Part shown: in pieces, positions 1-11,000 of the stretch
Position numbering within the stretch: position 1 is the stretch's first letter
Layout: each line of letters opens with the position of its first letter
Assembly: GCA_000002445.1 (NCBI GenBank)
Contig: CP000070.1
Location: 1,792,001-1,856,000, forward strand
Direction: 5' to 3'
Source: Trypanosoma brucei
Lineage: Eukaryota
DNA length: 64,000 nt
Position numbers and translations under genes: made by a program
Notes under the pieces: generated by a model
Told to the model about the DNA's origin: nothing
What the model saw: the letters and a program-made list of their open reading frames with translations, nothing else
Database searches by the model: none

Positions 1-26
1 GAAACTAGCCGGTATATGGGGGAGAC

Positions 27-638
27 TCAAGGTCTCGGTGATGTTGCATTACCCCCTCCCACGGCGTCTGCCTCGTCGTCCTCATCTAATATTTCCCAAA
101 AGTGTTCTGAAGTACATTTCTCCTTCTCAGCCTTCTCCGCTTCTCTCTCAGCATTCCTACTCAACGTCTCGGCTCTGACGGTATACTCATGTGCATCTAG
201 AAAATTATCTTTCAACCCAAAAACGGCCTTCGTGGTGAGCACCGGTCTCTCGGGTGACTCCCCGCAGAACTTCACAACCTCAGTGAATAACTGACGGACA
301 CGCCTTTCACTATTCGACAGCTGCGGCTCAATGTACTTAATCGCCCTGTAGTACTGGTCCGCCAGCTTCTTTCGCTGTGCATTGACAGCGTCAACCAACT
401 CCTTCTGTTCATTCGACTTCACAATTGCGTCACATCTCTTCTTCACAACTTCAGCCCGCTCGGTGGCACGATCAAACCTGTGCCAAACATTAACTAAACG
501 CATGTTTAAGCGACCATACGAAACTTTCAACCCCAGGCAATACCGCAATCGGCGCGTCGTTGATAGAGCGACGCTCCCCCCCACATTGCACAGAATGGCA
601 ATGAAAAGGCACACGATGATTTTCTTCGCTAGATTCAT
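27..638 (-). CDS. Array member 1 (divergent): secreted protein with signal peptide MNLAKKIIVCLFIAILCNVGG and an ~180-aa Cys domain; HCGFW motif degenerated to FCGESPERPV; short acidic tail
   Basis: ORF 27..644 begins at GTG; the first ATG is at 638 (rc of cat 636-638). N-terminal hydrophobic signal peptide. Shares YC...C...YY(R/N)AIxYIE spacing with the paralogs at 1330, 2724, 4133, 8006 and 11709. TGA stop at 27-29. Confidence 0.75.
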   Translation of the reverse strand: MNLAKKIIVCLFIAILCNVGGSVALSTTRRLRYCLGLKVSYGRLNMRLVNVWHRFDRATERAEVVKKRCDAIVKSNEQKELVDAVNAQRKKLADQYYRAIKYIEPQLSNSERRVRQLFTEVVKFCGESPERPVLTTKAVFGLKDNFLDAHEYTVRAETLSRNAEREAEKAEKEKCTSEHFWEILDEDDEADAVGGGNATSPRP

Positions 639-644
639 TGTCAC

Positions 645-1047
645 ACACTTGTCTCTCCTATGTACCGCATGAAATTAAAAAAGAAAAACAGAATAATATC
701 TTTTGGGCAAGACAATACGAAAAGGGCAATGCAACATATGCAGGAGAGAGACAGTTTCCTCCTTCCCTCAAACAATAGACACACGCCACACTACAGTCTC
801 ACAATCACATTGGTTATTTAAAAGCACTCACAACACTGTAAAAGGGACAAAAAGTCACTTCAAGCAAAGCATTACTTAGCATGCGGTTACGTAGATATTC
901 ATATTGTTGCATGCCCTCCGTCACACGTTGGTACGTTGGAACATGCTAACATCAACCATCCGTCCGTCCACACACACACGCACATACCGCTATTTAAAGC
1001 GGTTTCTATACATCATTCCACTACCCAGATCCCTTATGGAAAAGTTA
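645..1047 (-). repeat. Conserved intergenic cassette copy 1: 3'UTR of the upstream paralog plus polypyrimidine tract/splice-acceptor region and short 5'UTR of the downstream paralog
   Basis: Near-identical to 2047-2420, 3438-3840, 7425-7700 and 11066-11460 (e.g. ...gaaaaacagaataatatcttttgggcaagacaatacg...ccgtcacacgttggtacgttggaacatgctaacatcaaccatccgtccgtccacacacacacgcaca...ccgctatttaaagcggtttctatacatcatt). Confidence 0.85.
661..700 (-). promoter_or_regulatory. Putative polypyrimidine tract and AG trans-splice acceptor region serving gene 27..638; predicted 5'UTR is very short
   Basis: Minus-strand reading gives ...ttctgtttttcttttttaatttcatgcggtacatAGgAGAGacaAGtgtgtgacaATG. The same arrangement sits upstream of the genes starting at 3431 and 11059. 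Kinetoplastid SL trans-splicing is inferred, not shown by the sequence. Confidence 0.45.
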
Positions 1048-1329
1048 GTCCTTCCACTTGATACAACGCACGACGTCTCCTTACGACGCAGTATGTTATG
1101 TACAGAAAATAAAATCAAGTAAAGGTGTAGAAAGAGTGACGAAAAAGTGGCATGGTAAGTTGTTATGTGTCCCGCATCAGTATCATTCGAACAGTCGCTG
1201 CCAATACCGCCAAGGATGTGACCAACATGGCACTCAAAATTCCACCAAGCACTCGCACGAACCAGTGCCACTGCCGTCCCATACGCTCGCGGTGAATTCC
1301 TATCCAGCCTACCCATTACTCGGAACCGA

Positions 1330-2013
1330 TCACTGCGAGGTTACATTTTCACCACCAACAGGCGGGGCAGTGCCTTCGGGCGTTTCGGATGCTGCGCTTC
1401 CATCGTTGGGCTCCCCACCTTCTTTCTCTGGCTTTTTGTCTCCCTCTCCGCCCAATGCGTTCTTCGATTCAGCGGAACTGCATTGTGTCGTTCTGGCTTT
1501 CACTTCGCTTGTCTCCGCTTCCCTTGACAGCACCTCCATCTTTGATACTAAAGATTTGGCCTTCCACAATTTGACTCTCGCTTCACGCTTGAGCTCAGAA
1601 GACACTGGCATGAAAGACGACCAGAAGCCGCAATGCTTTCTTATACCATTAAGCAACTCGCGCACGTCTTTCTTGTACTCAATTACCTGAGTCTCAATAT
1701 ATCTAATGGCATTGTATTGTTCCACTACTAATTTCACTTTATCCGAGTTAGCGTTTTCCGTCCCTTCCCTAGTTTCACTTAGTCTAGCAGCCTTCTCACA
1801 GGATGTCCTCACAACCTTTGCACGATCCCGGCTACCATGAAGGGCCTGAAGCAAGGCTGTGCAGCGGCCACTTATTGAATTAATTGATCTTCTCAGTGAA
1901 TCACAATATCTCTCTCGCACTACCCTCTTGCTGAATGCAATACCACCCTGCACACTACATAGCATAGAAACGACAAGGCACACGGTGGCACCCCGCGCAA
2001 GCCTCATGGCCAT
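1330..2013 (-). CDS. Array member 2: secreted Cys-domain protein with signal peptide MAMRLARGATVCLVVSMLCSVQGG and short Gly/Glu-rich tail
   Basis: ATG start confirmed at 2011-2013 (rc). Contains NSDKVKLVVEQYNAIRYIE and HCGFWSSFMPVSS motifs shared with paralogs. Confidence 0.8.
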   Translation of the reverse strand: MAMRLARGATVCLVVSMLCSVQGGIAFSKRVVRERYCDSLRRSINSISGRCTALLQALHGSRDRAKVVRTSCEKAARLSETREGTENANSDKVKLVVEQYNAIRYIETQVIEYKKDVRELLNGIRKHCGFWSSFMPVSSELKREARVKLWKAKSLVSKMEVLSREAETSEVKARTTQCSSAESKNALGGEGDKKPEKEGGEPNDGSAASETPEGTAPPVGGENVTSQ

Positions 2014-2046
2014 CCTTGAAGACTACTTCCACAAACGAAAGTTATA

Positions 2047-2555
2047 AAAAAAAAAAGAAAAACAGAATAATATCTTTTGGGCAAGACAATACGAAAAGGG
2101 CAATGCAACATATGCAGGAGAGAGACAGTTCCCTCCTTCCCTCAAACAATACACACACGCCACACTACAGTCTCAAAATCACATTGGTTATTTAAAAGCA
2201 CTCACAACACTGTAAAAGGGACAAAAAGTCACTTCAAGCAAAGCATTACTTAGCATGCGATTACGTAGATATTCATATTGTTGCATGCCCTCCGCCACAC
2301 GTTGGTACGTTGGAACATGCTAACATCAACCATCCGTCCGTCCACACACACACGCACACACCGCTATTTAAAGCAGTTTCTATACATCATTTCATTACCC
2401 AAATCCCTTATGGAAAAATAGAACCCGGAGCACGTCGCCGATCTGTTTATATCTTCAATAAAAAGAACAAAAAGTAAAGCATATTAATGTTATAAAGCAA
2501 TAAAGGAAAGCCACAGCACGCAGCTGAATAACTTGTTATCGTCTAAGAGACCATA
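2047..2555 (-). repeat. Conserved intergenic cassette copy 2, with a ~140-bp extension also found at 11461-11600
   Basis: Direct sequence identity to the other cassette copies. Extension ...ccggagcacgtcgccgatctgtt(t/c)atatcttcaataaaaagaacaaaaagtaaagcatattaatgttataaagcaataaaggaaa... is shared with 11461-11600. Confidence 0.85.
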
Positions 2556-2723
2556 ATTCTGCCACCACTGCCCATCGGGCTGAAAGAACAGATGAGTGTA
2601 GCAATACTCTCGGCGGCCACATTAAGAAACAGCCTGTCGCATCCCTTTAGTATTCAGCGTGCCTTACATTCTCCTCAGCAGCGTAGTTAGCATCCACCCC
2701 CATTCCAGTTATCACTTAATGGC

Positions 2724-3431
2724 TCAATTAGCAGATTCTGTGCCCGCATGTTCCTCACGGGTCTCGGACGAGGTAGTGGACGTGGCCCTATCGAGCTCAC
2801 GAGTTCCGACAGTTGGAGTGGTGTCTTGTAGTGAGTCACCGCCACTTTGCGGCTCCGCTTCACTTCTTGTGACTTCCTCCTGCGTATCTGTAGCTGGCGC
2901 GGAGCACCACTCCCCTGAAGCGTGAGAAGCATAAGATTTCGCATTTTCACTGAGTGATTCCACCTTCGATATCAATTCTGAAGCCTCCTCAAGGTGGCGT
3001 TTTGTGATATCACGCAGAAACGAGGATACGGGAGTGAAAGACAACCAGAAGCCGCAGTGCTTTCCCAAACCGATTAATAAATCGTGAATTTTTTTTTCGT
3101 AATCGGATATCTGCCGTTCATTATACATAATAGCGTTGTAGTACTCATTCACTAATTTCATTTTATCCGAGTTAGCAGCATCACTCACTTCCTTCTCTTC
3201 ACTTAACTTAACAAACCTTTCGCAATTTTCTTTAACATTCTCCACCTTATGAAGTGCATCCTCAAAAACATTCCAGGTGTCAGTAAACCGCTTCCCCAAT
3301 TCCTCAACTGTTGCCTTCAACTTTGTACAGTATCCCCCTTTTTTTTCAACCAGAGAAAAACCACGCACGCCCCCCACATTGCACAGAATGGCAATGAAAA
3401 GGCACACGATGATTTTCTTCGCTAGATTCAT
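2724..3431 (-). CDS. Array member 3: secreted Cys-domain protein with signal peptide MNLAKKIIVCLFIAILCNVGGVRGF and Ser/Thr/Glu-rich tail
   Basis: ORF starts at GTG 3437; first ATG at 3431. Motifs NSDKMKLVNEYYNAIMYNE and HCGFWLSFTPVSS. 5' end nucleotide-identical to the members starting at 638 and 11059. Confidence 0.8.
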   Translation of the reverse strand: MNLAKKIIVCLFIAILCNVGGVRGFSLVEKKGGYCTKLKATVEELGKRFTDTWNVFEDALHKVENVKENCERFVKLSEEKEVSDAANSDKMKLVNEYYNAIMYNERQISDYEKKIHDLLIGLGKHCGFWLSFTPVSSFLRDITKRHLEEASELISKVESLSENAKSYASHASGEWCSAPATDTQEEVTRSEAEPQSGGDSLQDTTPTVGTRELDRATSTTSSETREEHAGTESAN

Positions 3432-3437
3432 TGTCAC

Positions 3438-3840
3438 ACACTTGTCTCTCCTATGTACCGCATGAAATTAAAAAAGAAAAACAGAATAATATCTTTTGGG
3501 CAAGACAATACGGAAAGCACATGTACATCCATATGCAGGAGAAAGACAGTTTCCTCCTTCCCTCAAACAATAGACACACGCCACACTACAGTCTCAAAAT
3601 CACGTTGGGTATTTAAAAGCACTCACAACACTGTAAAAGGGACAAAAAGTCACTTCAAGCAAAGCATTACTTAGCATGCGATTACGTAGATATTCATATT
3701 GTTGCATGCCCTCCGTCACACGTTGGTACGTTGGAACATGCTAACATCAACCATCCGTCCGTCCACACACACACGCACACACCGCTATTTAAAGCGGTTT
3801 CTATACATCATTTCATCACCCAATTCCCTTATGGAAAAAT
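3438..3840 (-). repeat. Conserved intergenic cassette copy 3
   Basis: Identity to the other cassette copies. Confidence 0.85.
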
Positions 3841-4132
3841 AGAACGACCACCATGGCACTTTTCCCACAAGCTCATCAGGCCCAAAGGAAGAAAATGAAC
3901 AATCTACATATTGCGTTTAGTATAGTGTAAGTGAAAAATAAAGCAATAAAAACAACACTAGTGAACACCGACACGACCCTTCACCACATAAACAGGACCA
4001 TTACTATTAACACTGTTCTAACAAACTAACCGACCAATAATTGAGCGATAATCACACTATCTACGATAAAACAAAAAAGGTATTCTACCCAACAGCTGCT
4101 GGATCACTATAAACACATCATGCCCAAATCCA
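3841..4132 (-). repeat. 3' flank (putative 3'UTR) of the long-repeat gene, duplicated at 7700-8005
   Basis: ccaccatggcacttttcccacaagctcatcaggcccaaaggaagaaaat(g/a)aacaatcta...ggtattctacccaacagctgctggatca(c/t)tataaacacatcatgcccaaatccattattgcacag is shared by both copies. Confidence 0.8.
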
Positions 4133-7100
4133 TTATTGCACAGACACACCCTCGGCACCTACGGATCCAGCAGTTTCTTTAGGTCCAGCACTTCCCTCAG
4201 ATCCAGCACTTTCTTTGGGTCCAGCAGTTTCTTTGGGTCCAGCAGCTTCTTTAGGTCCAGCATTTCCCTCAGATCCAGCACTTCCCTCAGATCCAGCACT
4301 TTCTTTAGGTCCAGCACTTTCTTTAGGTCCAGCACTTCCCTCAGATCCAGCACCTTCTTTAGGTTCAGCAGTTTCTTTAGGTCCAACACTTTCCTCAGAT
4401 CCAGCACCTTCTTTAGGTCCAGCAGTTTCTTTGGGTCCAGCAGCTTCTTTAGGCCCAGCACTTCCCTCAGATCCAGCACTTTCTTCAGGTCCAGCAGTTT
4501 CTTTAGGTCCAGCACTTCCCTCAGATCCAGCACTTTCTTTAGGTCCAGCAGTTTCTTTAGGTCCAGCACTTTCCTCAGATCCAGCACTTTCTTTGGGTCC
4601 AGCAGTTTCTTTGGGTCCAGCACTTTCTTTAGGTCCAGCAGCTTCTTTAGGTCCAGCACTTCCCTCAGATCCAGCACCTTCTTTAGGTCCAGCAGCTTCT
4701 TTAGGTCCAGCACTTCCCTCAGATCCAGCACTTTCTTTGGGTCCAGCAGTTTCTTTGGGTCCAGCAGCTTCTTTAGGTCCAGCACTTCCCTCAGATCCAG
4801 CACTTTCTTTAGGTCCAGCAGTTTCTTTAGGTCCAGCACTTTCCTCAGATCCAGCACTTTCTTTAGGTCCAGCACTTTCTTTAGGTCCAGCACTTCCCTC
4901 AGATCCAGCACCTTCTTTAGGTTCAGCAGTTTCTTTAGGTCCAACACTTTCCTCAGATCCAGCACCTTCTTTAGGTCCAGCAGTTTCTTTGGGTCCAGCA
5001 GCTTCTTTAGGCCCAGCACTTCCCTCAGATCCAGCACTTTCTTTAGGTCCAGCAGTTTCTTTAGGTCCAGCACTTCCCTCAGATCCAGCACCTTCTTTAG
5101 GTTCAGCAGTTTCTTTAGGTCCAGCACTTCCCTCAGATCCAGCACTTTCTTTGGGTCCAGCACTTTCTTTGGGTCCAGCACTTTCTTTAGGTCCAGCACT
5201 TCCCTCAGATCCAGCACCTTCTTTAGGTTCAGCAGTTTCTTTAGGTCCAGCACTTTCTTTAGGTCCAGCACTTTCCTCAGATCCAGCACTTTCTTTGGGT
5301 CCAGCAGTTTCTTTGGGTCCAGGACTTTCTTTAGGTCCAGCAGTTTTTTTAGGTCCAGCACTTTCTTTAGGTCCAGCACTTCCCTCAGATCCAGCACTTT
5401 CTTTAGGTCCAGCACTTTCTTTAGGTCCAGCAGTTTTTTTAGGTCCAGCACTTTCTTTAGGTCCAGCACTTCCCTCAGATCCAGCACTTTCTTTAGGTCC
5501 AGCAGTTTCTTTAGGTCCAGCACTTTCCTCAGATCCGGCACTTTCTTTAGGTCCAGCAGCTTCTTTAGGTCCAGCACTTCCCTCAGATCCAGCACTTTCT
5601 TTAGGTCCAGCACTTTCTTTAGGTCCAGCAGTTTCTTTGGGTCCAGCAGCTTCTTTAGGTCCAGCACTTCCCTCAGATCCAGCACTTTCTTTAGGTCCAG
5701 CAGTTTCTTTAGGTCCAGCACTTTCCTCAGATCCAGCACTTTCTTTGGGTCCAGCAGTTTCTTTGGGTCCAGCACTTTCTTTAGGTCCAGCAGCTTCTTT
5801 AGGTCCAGCACTTCCCTCAGATCCAGCACCTTCTTTAGGTCCAGCAGCTTCTTTAGGTCCAGCACTTCCCTCAGATCCAGCACTTTCTTTGGGTCCAGCA
5901 GTTTCTTTGGGTCCAGCAGCTTCTTTAGGTCCAGCACTTCCCTCAGATCCAGCACTTTCTTTAGGTCCAGCAGTTTCTTTAGGTCCAGCACTTTCCTCAG
6001 ATCCAGCACTTTCTTTGGGTCCAGCAGTTTCTTTGGGTCCAGCAGTTTCTTTGGGTCCAGCAGTTTCTTTGGGTCCAGCAGCTTCTTTAGGTCCAGCACT
6101 TCCCTCAGATCCAGCACCTTCTTTAGGTCCAGCAGCTTCTTTAGGTCCAGCACTTCCCTCAGATCCAGCACTTTCTTTGGGTCCAGCATTTCCCTCAGAT
6201 CCAGCACTTCCCTCAGATCCAGCATTTCCCTCAGATCCAGCACTTCCCTCAGGTCCAGCACCTTCTTTAGGTCCAGCACTTTCTTTAGGTCCAGCACTTT
6301 CTTTGGGTCCAGCACTTCCCTCAGATCCAGCACTTCCCTCAGATCCAGCACTTTCTTTAGGTCCAGTACTTTCTTTGGGTCCGGCACTTTCTTTAGGTCC
6401 AGCACTTTCTTTAGGTCCAGTACTTTCTTTGGATCCAGCACTTTCTTTAGGTCCAGTACTTTCTTTGGGTCCAGCACTTCCCTCAGATCCAGCACTTCCC
6501 TCAGGTCCAGCACCTTCTTTAGGTCCAGCACTTTCTTTAGGTCCAGCACTTTCTTTAGGTCCAGCACTTCCCTCAGATCCAGCACTTCCCTCAGATCCAG
6601 CACTTTCTTTAGGTCCAGTACTTTCTTTGGGTCCGGCACTTTCTTTAGGTCCAGCACTTTCTTTAGGTCCAGCACTTTCCTCAGATCCAGCACCTTCTTT
6701 AGGGTCGACAAGACCCCCAGGCGTGACGGGGGTACCTTGCGTTTTGGGCGACTCTAAGGAAGTTGGACTGCTATTTTTTGTTTTGTTTGTCCTATTGACC
6801 TCTTTTTCGGTGGACATTTCGTCGGTTTCTGTGCCAGGATCAAGGAAAGTGCATATTCCCTCTTTTAGATTTTCCCCGTAATACCTGGCATCAAAACTAA
6901 GAGCCTCAATTCTTGCCGTAAGAAATTTGACCTGTAACAAATTGGTAGTTGTATACCGGTGTACCTCATCAGATAATAGCGTGAAAGACACCCAAAAGCC
7001 ACATTCTTTTTTAATGTTGCCAACCAATTCGTGTACCTTCTTTTCGTGGTCATCAACCTTGCGTTTTATAAGAAGGATGGCATCATTGTACCCATCCAGT

Positions 7101-7363
7101 ATCTTTATTCGCTCCCATGCAAAAGTACTCCTACCACTGGTGTCAAGTATCCTACAGTTAACAACCTCCTCCCTAACATTTACAAGTGAACGCTTGACGT
7201 CACGTTTTGCCTGCTCCAAACGATTATTAATATCAAATAAAAGACGCTTCATTCTTGCACAATATCTCGCTCTGCTCTCCCATCTATTAAAAAAACTGCT
7301 GGCATCAACAACATATGATGTATGCACCACAAAAAATAGCACAATACACCACAGAACATGCAT
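4133..7363 (-). CDS. Array member 4: secreted Cys-domain protein with signal peptide MHVLWCIVLFFVVHTSYVVDA, fused to ~850 aa of AGPKE[S/T/A]/AGSEGS 6-aa tandem repeats; C-terminus ...GSVGAEGVSVQ
   Basis: ORF 4133..7417 starts at GTG; first ATG at 7363. The N-terminal domain has the family C/ECGFWVSF pattern. The repeat frame is continuous with the N-terminal domain. No C-terminal hydrophobic segment. Confidence 0.8.
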   Translation of the reverse strand: MHVLWCIVLFFVVHTSYVVDASSFFNRWESRARYCARMKRLLFDINNRLEQAKRDVKRSLVNVREEVVNCRILDTSGRSTFAWERIKILDGYNDAILLIKRKVDDHEKKVHELVGNIKKECGFWVSFTLLSDEVHRYTTTNLLQVKFLTARIEALSFDARYYGENLKEGICTFLDPGTETDEMSTEKEVNRTNKTKNSSPTSLESPKTQGTPVTPGGLVDPKEGAGSEESAGPKESAGPKESAGPKESTGPKESAGSEGSAGSEGSAGPKESAGPKESAGPKEGAGPEGSAGSEGSAGPKESTGPKESAGSKESTGPKESAGPKESAGPKESTGPKESAGSEGSAGSEGSAGPKESAGPKESAGPKEGAGPEGSAGSEGNAGSEGSAGSEGNAGPKESAGSEGSAGPKEAAGPKEGAGSEGSAGPKEAAGPKETAGPKETAGPKETAGPKESAGSEESAGPKETAGPKESAGSEGSAGPKEAAGPKETAGPKESAGSEGSAGPKEAAGPKEGAGSEGSAGPKEAAGPKESAGPKETAGPKESAGSEESAGPKETAGPKESAGSEGSAGPKEAAGPKETAGPKESAGPKESAGSEGSAGPKEAAGPKESAGSEESAGPKETAGPKESAGSEGSAGPKESAGPKKTAGPKESAGPKESAGSEGSAGPKESAGPKKTAGPKESPGPKETAGPKESAGSEESAGPKESAGPKETAEPKEGAGSEGSAGPKESAGPKESAGPKESAGSEGSAGPKETAEPKEGAGSEGSAGPKETAGPKESAGSEGSAGPKEAAGPKETAGPKEGAGSEESVGPKETAEPKEGAGSEGSAGPKESAGPKESAGSEESAGPKETAGPKESAGSEGSAGPKEAAGPKETAGPKESAGSEGSAGPKEAAGPKEGAGSEGSAGPKEAAGPKESAGPKETAGPKESAGSEESAGPKETAGPKESAGSEGSAGPKETAGPEESAGSEGSAGPKEAAGPKETAGPKEGAGSEESVGPKETAEPKEGAGSEGSAGPKESAGPKESAGSEGSAGSEGNAGPKEAAGPKETAGPKESAGSEGSAGPKETAGSVGAEGVSVQ
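4160..6715 (-). repeat. Coding tandem repeat array, 18-nt period, ~140 units, two unit types (gctggacc(t/c)aaagaa(a/g)(g/c)t = AGPKE[S/T/A]; gctggatctgagggaagt = AGSEGS)
   Basis: Visible as ggtccagca(c/g)tttctttaggtccagca / cttccctcagatccagca iterations on the + strand. Open in all six frames, which produces the spurious ORFs 4136..6757, 4159..6711 and 4215..6881. Confidence 0.95.
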
Positions 7364-7424
7364 TTTCTTCAACGACAACAACACAAAAACAATAAAAAAA
7401 AACAATAGCACATGCACATGCAGG

Positions 7425-7700
7425 AGAGAGACAGTTCCCTCCTTCCCTCAAACAATAGACACACGCCACACTACAGTCTCAAAATCACGTTCAGCATTTA
7501 ACAGCATACACGACACTGTAAAAGGGACAAAAAGTCACTTCAAGCAAAGCATTACTTAGCATGCGGTTACGTAGATATTCATATTGTTGCATGCCCTCCG
7601 TCACACGTTGGTACGTTGGAACATGCTAACTCCCTTATCTCACGGCCGCTCCTCCCCACCGCTATTTAAAGCGGTCCTAACGTAATCTTATAACTAACCG
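7425..7700 (-). repeat. Conserved intergenic cassette copy 4 (partial/diverged; lacks the 5'-proximal ~60 bp)
   Basis: Shares ...gcaggagagagacagttccctccttccctcaaacaatagacacacgccacactacagtctca... and ...ccgtcacacgttggtacgttggaacatgctaac... with the other copies; the central part is diverged. Confidence 0.75.
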
Positions 7701-8005
7701 GATCCCTTATGGAAAAATAGAACGACCACCATGGCACTTTTCCCACAAGCTCATCAGGCCCAAAGGAAGAAAATAAACAATCTAAATGATATCAATAATA
7801 TAATGTAAAAATAAAGCAATAAAAACAACACTAGTGAACACCGACACGACCCTTCACCACATAAACAGGACCATTACTATTAACAGTGTTCTAACAAACT
7901 AACCGACCAATAATTGAGCGATAATCACACTATCTACGATAAAACAAAAAAGGTATTCTACCCAACAGCTGCTGGATCATTATAAACACATCATGCCCAA
8001 ATCCA
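7700..8005 (-). repeat. Second copy of the long-repeat-gene 3' flank (see 3841-4132)
   Basis: Near-identical to 3841-4132. Confidence 0.8.
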
Positions 8006-11000
8006 TTATTGCACAGACACACCCTCGGCACCTACGGATCCAGCACTTTCTTTAGGTCCAGCAGTTTCTTTGGGTCCAGCACTTTCTTTAGGTCCAGCAC
8101 TTCCCTCAGATCCAGCACTTTCTTTGGGTCCAGCAGTTTCTTTGGGTCCAGCACTTCCCTCAGATCCAGCACTTTCTTTAGGTCCAGCAGTTTCTTTAGG
8201 TCCAGCACTTTCCTCAGATCCGGCACTTTCTTTAGGTCCAGCACTTTCTTTAGGTCCAGCAGTTTCTTTGGGTCCAGCAGTTTCTTTGGGTCCAGCACTT
8301 CCCTCAGATCCAGCAGTTTCTTTGGGTCCAGCACTTCCCTCAGATCCAGCACCTTCTTTAGGTCCAGCATTTCCCTCAGATCCAGCACTTCCCTCAGATC
8401 CAGCACTTTCTTTAGGTCCAGCACTTCCCTCAGATCCGGCACTTTCTTTAGGTCCAGCACTTTCTTTGGGTCCAGCACTTTCTTTAGGTCCAGCATTTCC
8501 CTCAGATCCAGCACTTCCCTCAGATCCAGCACTTTCTTTAGGTCCAGCACTTTCTTTAGGTCCAGCACTTCCCTCAGATCCAGCACCTTCTTTAGGTCCA
8601 GCACTTTCTTTAGGTCCAGCAGCTTCTTTAGGTCCAGCACTTTCTTTAGGTCCAGCAGTTTCTTTAGGTCCAGCACTTTCCTCAGATCCGGCACTTTCTT
8701 TAGGTCCAGCACTTTCTTTGGGTCCGGCACTTTCTTTAGGTCCAGCAGCTTCTTTAGGTCCAGCACTTTCCTCAGATCCGGCACTTTCTTTAGGTCCAGC
8801 ACTTTCCTCAGATCCAGCAGCTTCTTTAGGTCCAGCACTTTCCTCAGATCCAGCAGTTTCTTTAGGTTCAGCACTTTCTTTAGGTCCAGCACTTTCCTCA
8901 GATCCGGCACTTTCTTTAGGTCCAGCACTTTCTTTGGGTCCAGCACTTTCCTCAGATCCAGCAGCTTCTTTAGGTCCAGCACTTTCCTCAGATCCAGCAG
9001 TTTCTTTAGGTCCAGCACTTTCCTCAGATCCAGCAGTTTCTTTAGGTTCAGCACTTTCTTTAGGTCCAGCACTTTCTTTAGGTCCAGCACCTTCTTTAGG
9101 TCCAGCACTTTCTTTAGGTCCAGCACTTTCTTTAGGTCCAGCACCTTCTTTAGGTCCAGCACTTTCCTCAGATCCAGCAGTTTCTTTAGGTTCAGCACTT
9201 TCTTTAGGTCCAGCACTTTCTTTAGGTCCAGCAGCTTCTTTAGGTCCAGCACTTTCTTTAGGTCCAGCACCTTCTTTAGGTCCAGTACTTTCTTTAGGTC
9301 CAGCACTTTCTTTAGGTCCAGCACCTTCTTTAGGTCCAGCACTTTCTTTAGGTCCAGCAGCTTCTTTAGGTCCAGCAGCTTCTTTAGGTCCAGCACTTCC
9401 CTCAGATCCAGCACCTTCTTTAGGTCCAGCATTTCCCTCAGATCCAGCATTTCCCCCAGATCCAGCACTTTCTTTGGGTCCAGCATTTCCCTCAGATCCA
9501 GCATTTCCCCCAGATCCAGCACTTTCTTTGGGTCCAGCACTTTCCTCAGATCCAGCAGCTTCTTTAGGTCCAGCACTTTCTTTAGGTCCAGCACTTTCTT
9601 TAGGTCCAGCAGCTTCTTTAGGTCCAGCAGCTTCTTTAGGTCCAGCACTTCCCTCAGATCCAGCACCTTCTTTAGGTCCAGCATTTCCCTCAGATCCAGC
9701 ATTTCCCCCAGATCCAGCACTTTCTTTGGGTCCAGCATTTCCCTCAGATCCAGCATTTCCCCCAGATCCAGCACTTTCTTTGGGTCCAGCACTTTCTTTA
9801 GGTCCAGCACTTTCTTTAGGTCCAGCACTTTCTTTAGGTCCAGCAGCTTCTTTAGGTCCAGCATTTCCCTCAGATCCAGCAGCTTCTTTAGGTCCAGCAC
9901 TTTCCTCAGATCCAGCACCTTCTTTAGGTTCAGCACTTTCTTTAGGTCCAGCACTTTCTTTAGGTCCAGCAGCTTCTTTAGGTCCAGCATTTCCCTCAGA
10001 TCCAGCATTTCCCCCAGATCCAGCACTTTCCTCAGATCCGGCACTTTCTTTAGGTCCAGCACTTCCCTCAGATCCAGCAGCTTCTTTAGGTCCAGCACTT
10101 TCTTTGGGTCCAGCAGCTTCTTTAGGTCCAGCACTTCCCTCAGATCCAGCAGCTTCTTTAGGTCCAGCATTTCCCTCAGATCCAGCATTTCCCCCAGATC
10201 CAGCACTTTCTTTGGGTCCAGCATTTCCCTCAGATCCAGCAGTTTCTTTAGGTCCGGCAGTTTCTTTGGGTCCAGCACTTTCTTTAGGTCCAGCAGTTTC
10301 TTTAGGTCCAGCACTTTCCTCAGATCCAGCACTTTCTTTAGGTCCAGCAGCTTCTTTAGGTCCAGCACTTTCCTCAGATCCAGCACTTTCTTTGGGTCCA
10401 GCAGCTTCCTTGGTGGTGACCGTTTCTTTTGGCGACTGGGATGTCGCACCACTGCTTTTGGGTTCCTCTTGTTTTTTCTTTGCCTTTTCTTCCTCCTCCC
10501 CCGCCAATACATTCTCTGTCCCCACCAAGACGCATCTGTTTCTTGCGGCGGTATCGCTGTGATTTTTTGCACCAAGACTGAGTTTGTCTATCATTATCGT
10601 TAGGGATCTTGCTTCTAACAGTTTTTCTTTAACAGTTCTTTTGAATGACGATGTGAGTGGCATGAAAGACAACCAGAAGCCGCAGCCGTTCCATATTTCA
10701 CCAGTCAAAGTGTTGATCTTCCTTTCGCAATCACCGATGAGCAGTTCAATTTGCCTAATGGCACTGTAGCTCTCGTCTACTAACTTAAGTTTTTCTGAGT
10801 TGGTGGCGCCAGAAACGTCCTTGGCTTTCTTATGCTTCAAAATACCTTCGCATTCTGCTTTTACGGCTAGCGTGTTATTGAACGCACGGTCGAATACGTT
10901 CCATGACTCTGAAAATCGGTTGTTAACTTTGTTAATAACACTTTTGACCTTTTTACAATGAGCTGCTCTGCTTTCCCGCCTCTCGAAACCACGCACGCCC

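Noticed and set aside
3990-4030. 10-nt match (ttagaacagt, minus strand) to the kinetoplastid spliced-leader exon core, present in both copies of the long-repeat gene 3' flank (also ~7870-7905)
   Set aside because: The match does not extend. The flanking sequence does not resemble an SL RNA gene (no aactaacgctattatt, no intron or Sm site). Most likely coincidental.
4136-6881. Long ORFs in alternative frames and on the + strand across the first 18-nt repeat array (4136..6757+, 4159..6711-, 4215..6881+)
   Set aside because: The 18-nt repeat lacks stop codons in all six frames. Only the frame continuous with the signal peptide and conserved Cys domain (4133..7363, minus) is supported.
4160-10410. 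Possibility that the 18-nt arrays are a non-coding satellite or a CRISPR-like array
   Set aside because: There are no unique spacers between repeats. The sequence has the eukaryotic (kinetoplastid) hallmarks described in the summary. The units keep frame for >2.4 kb and abut a signal-peptide/Cys-domain ORF, so they are coding repeats.
8009-10603. Alternative-frame ORFs across the second repeat array (8009..10603+, 8032..10575-, 8070..10562+)
   Set aside because: Same reason as above: stop-free repeat artefacts.
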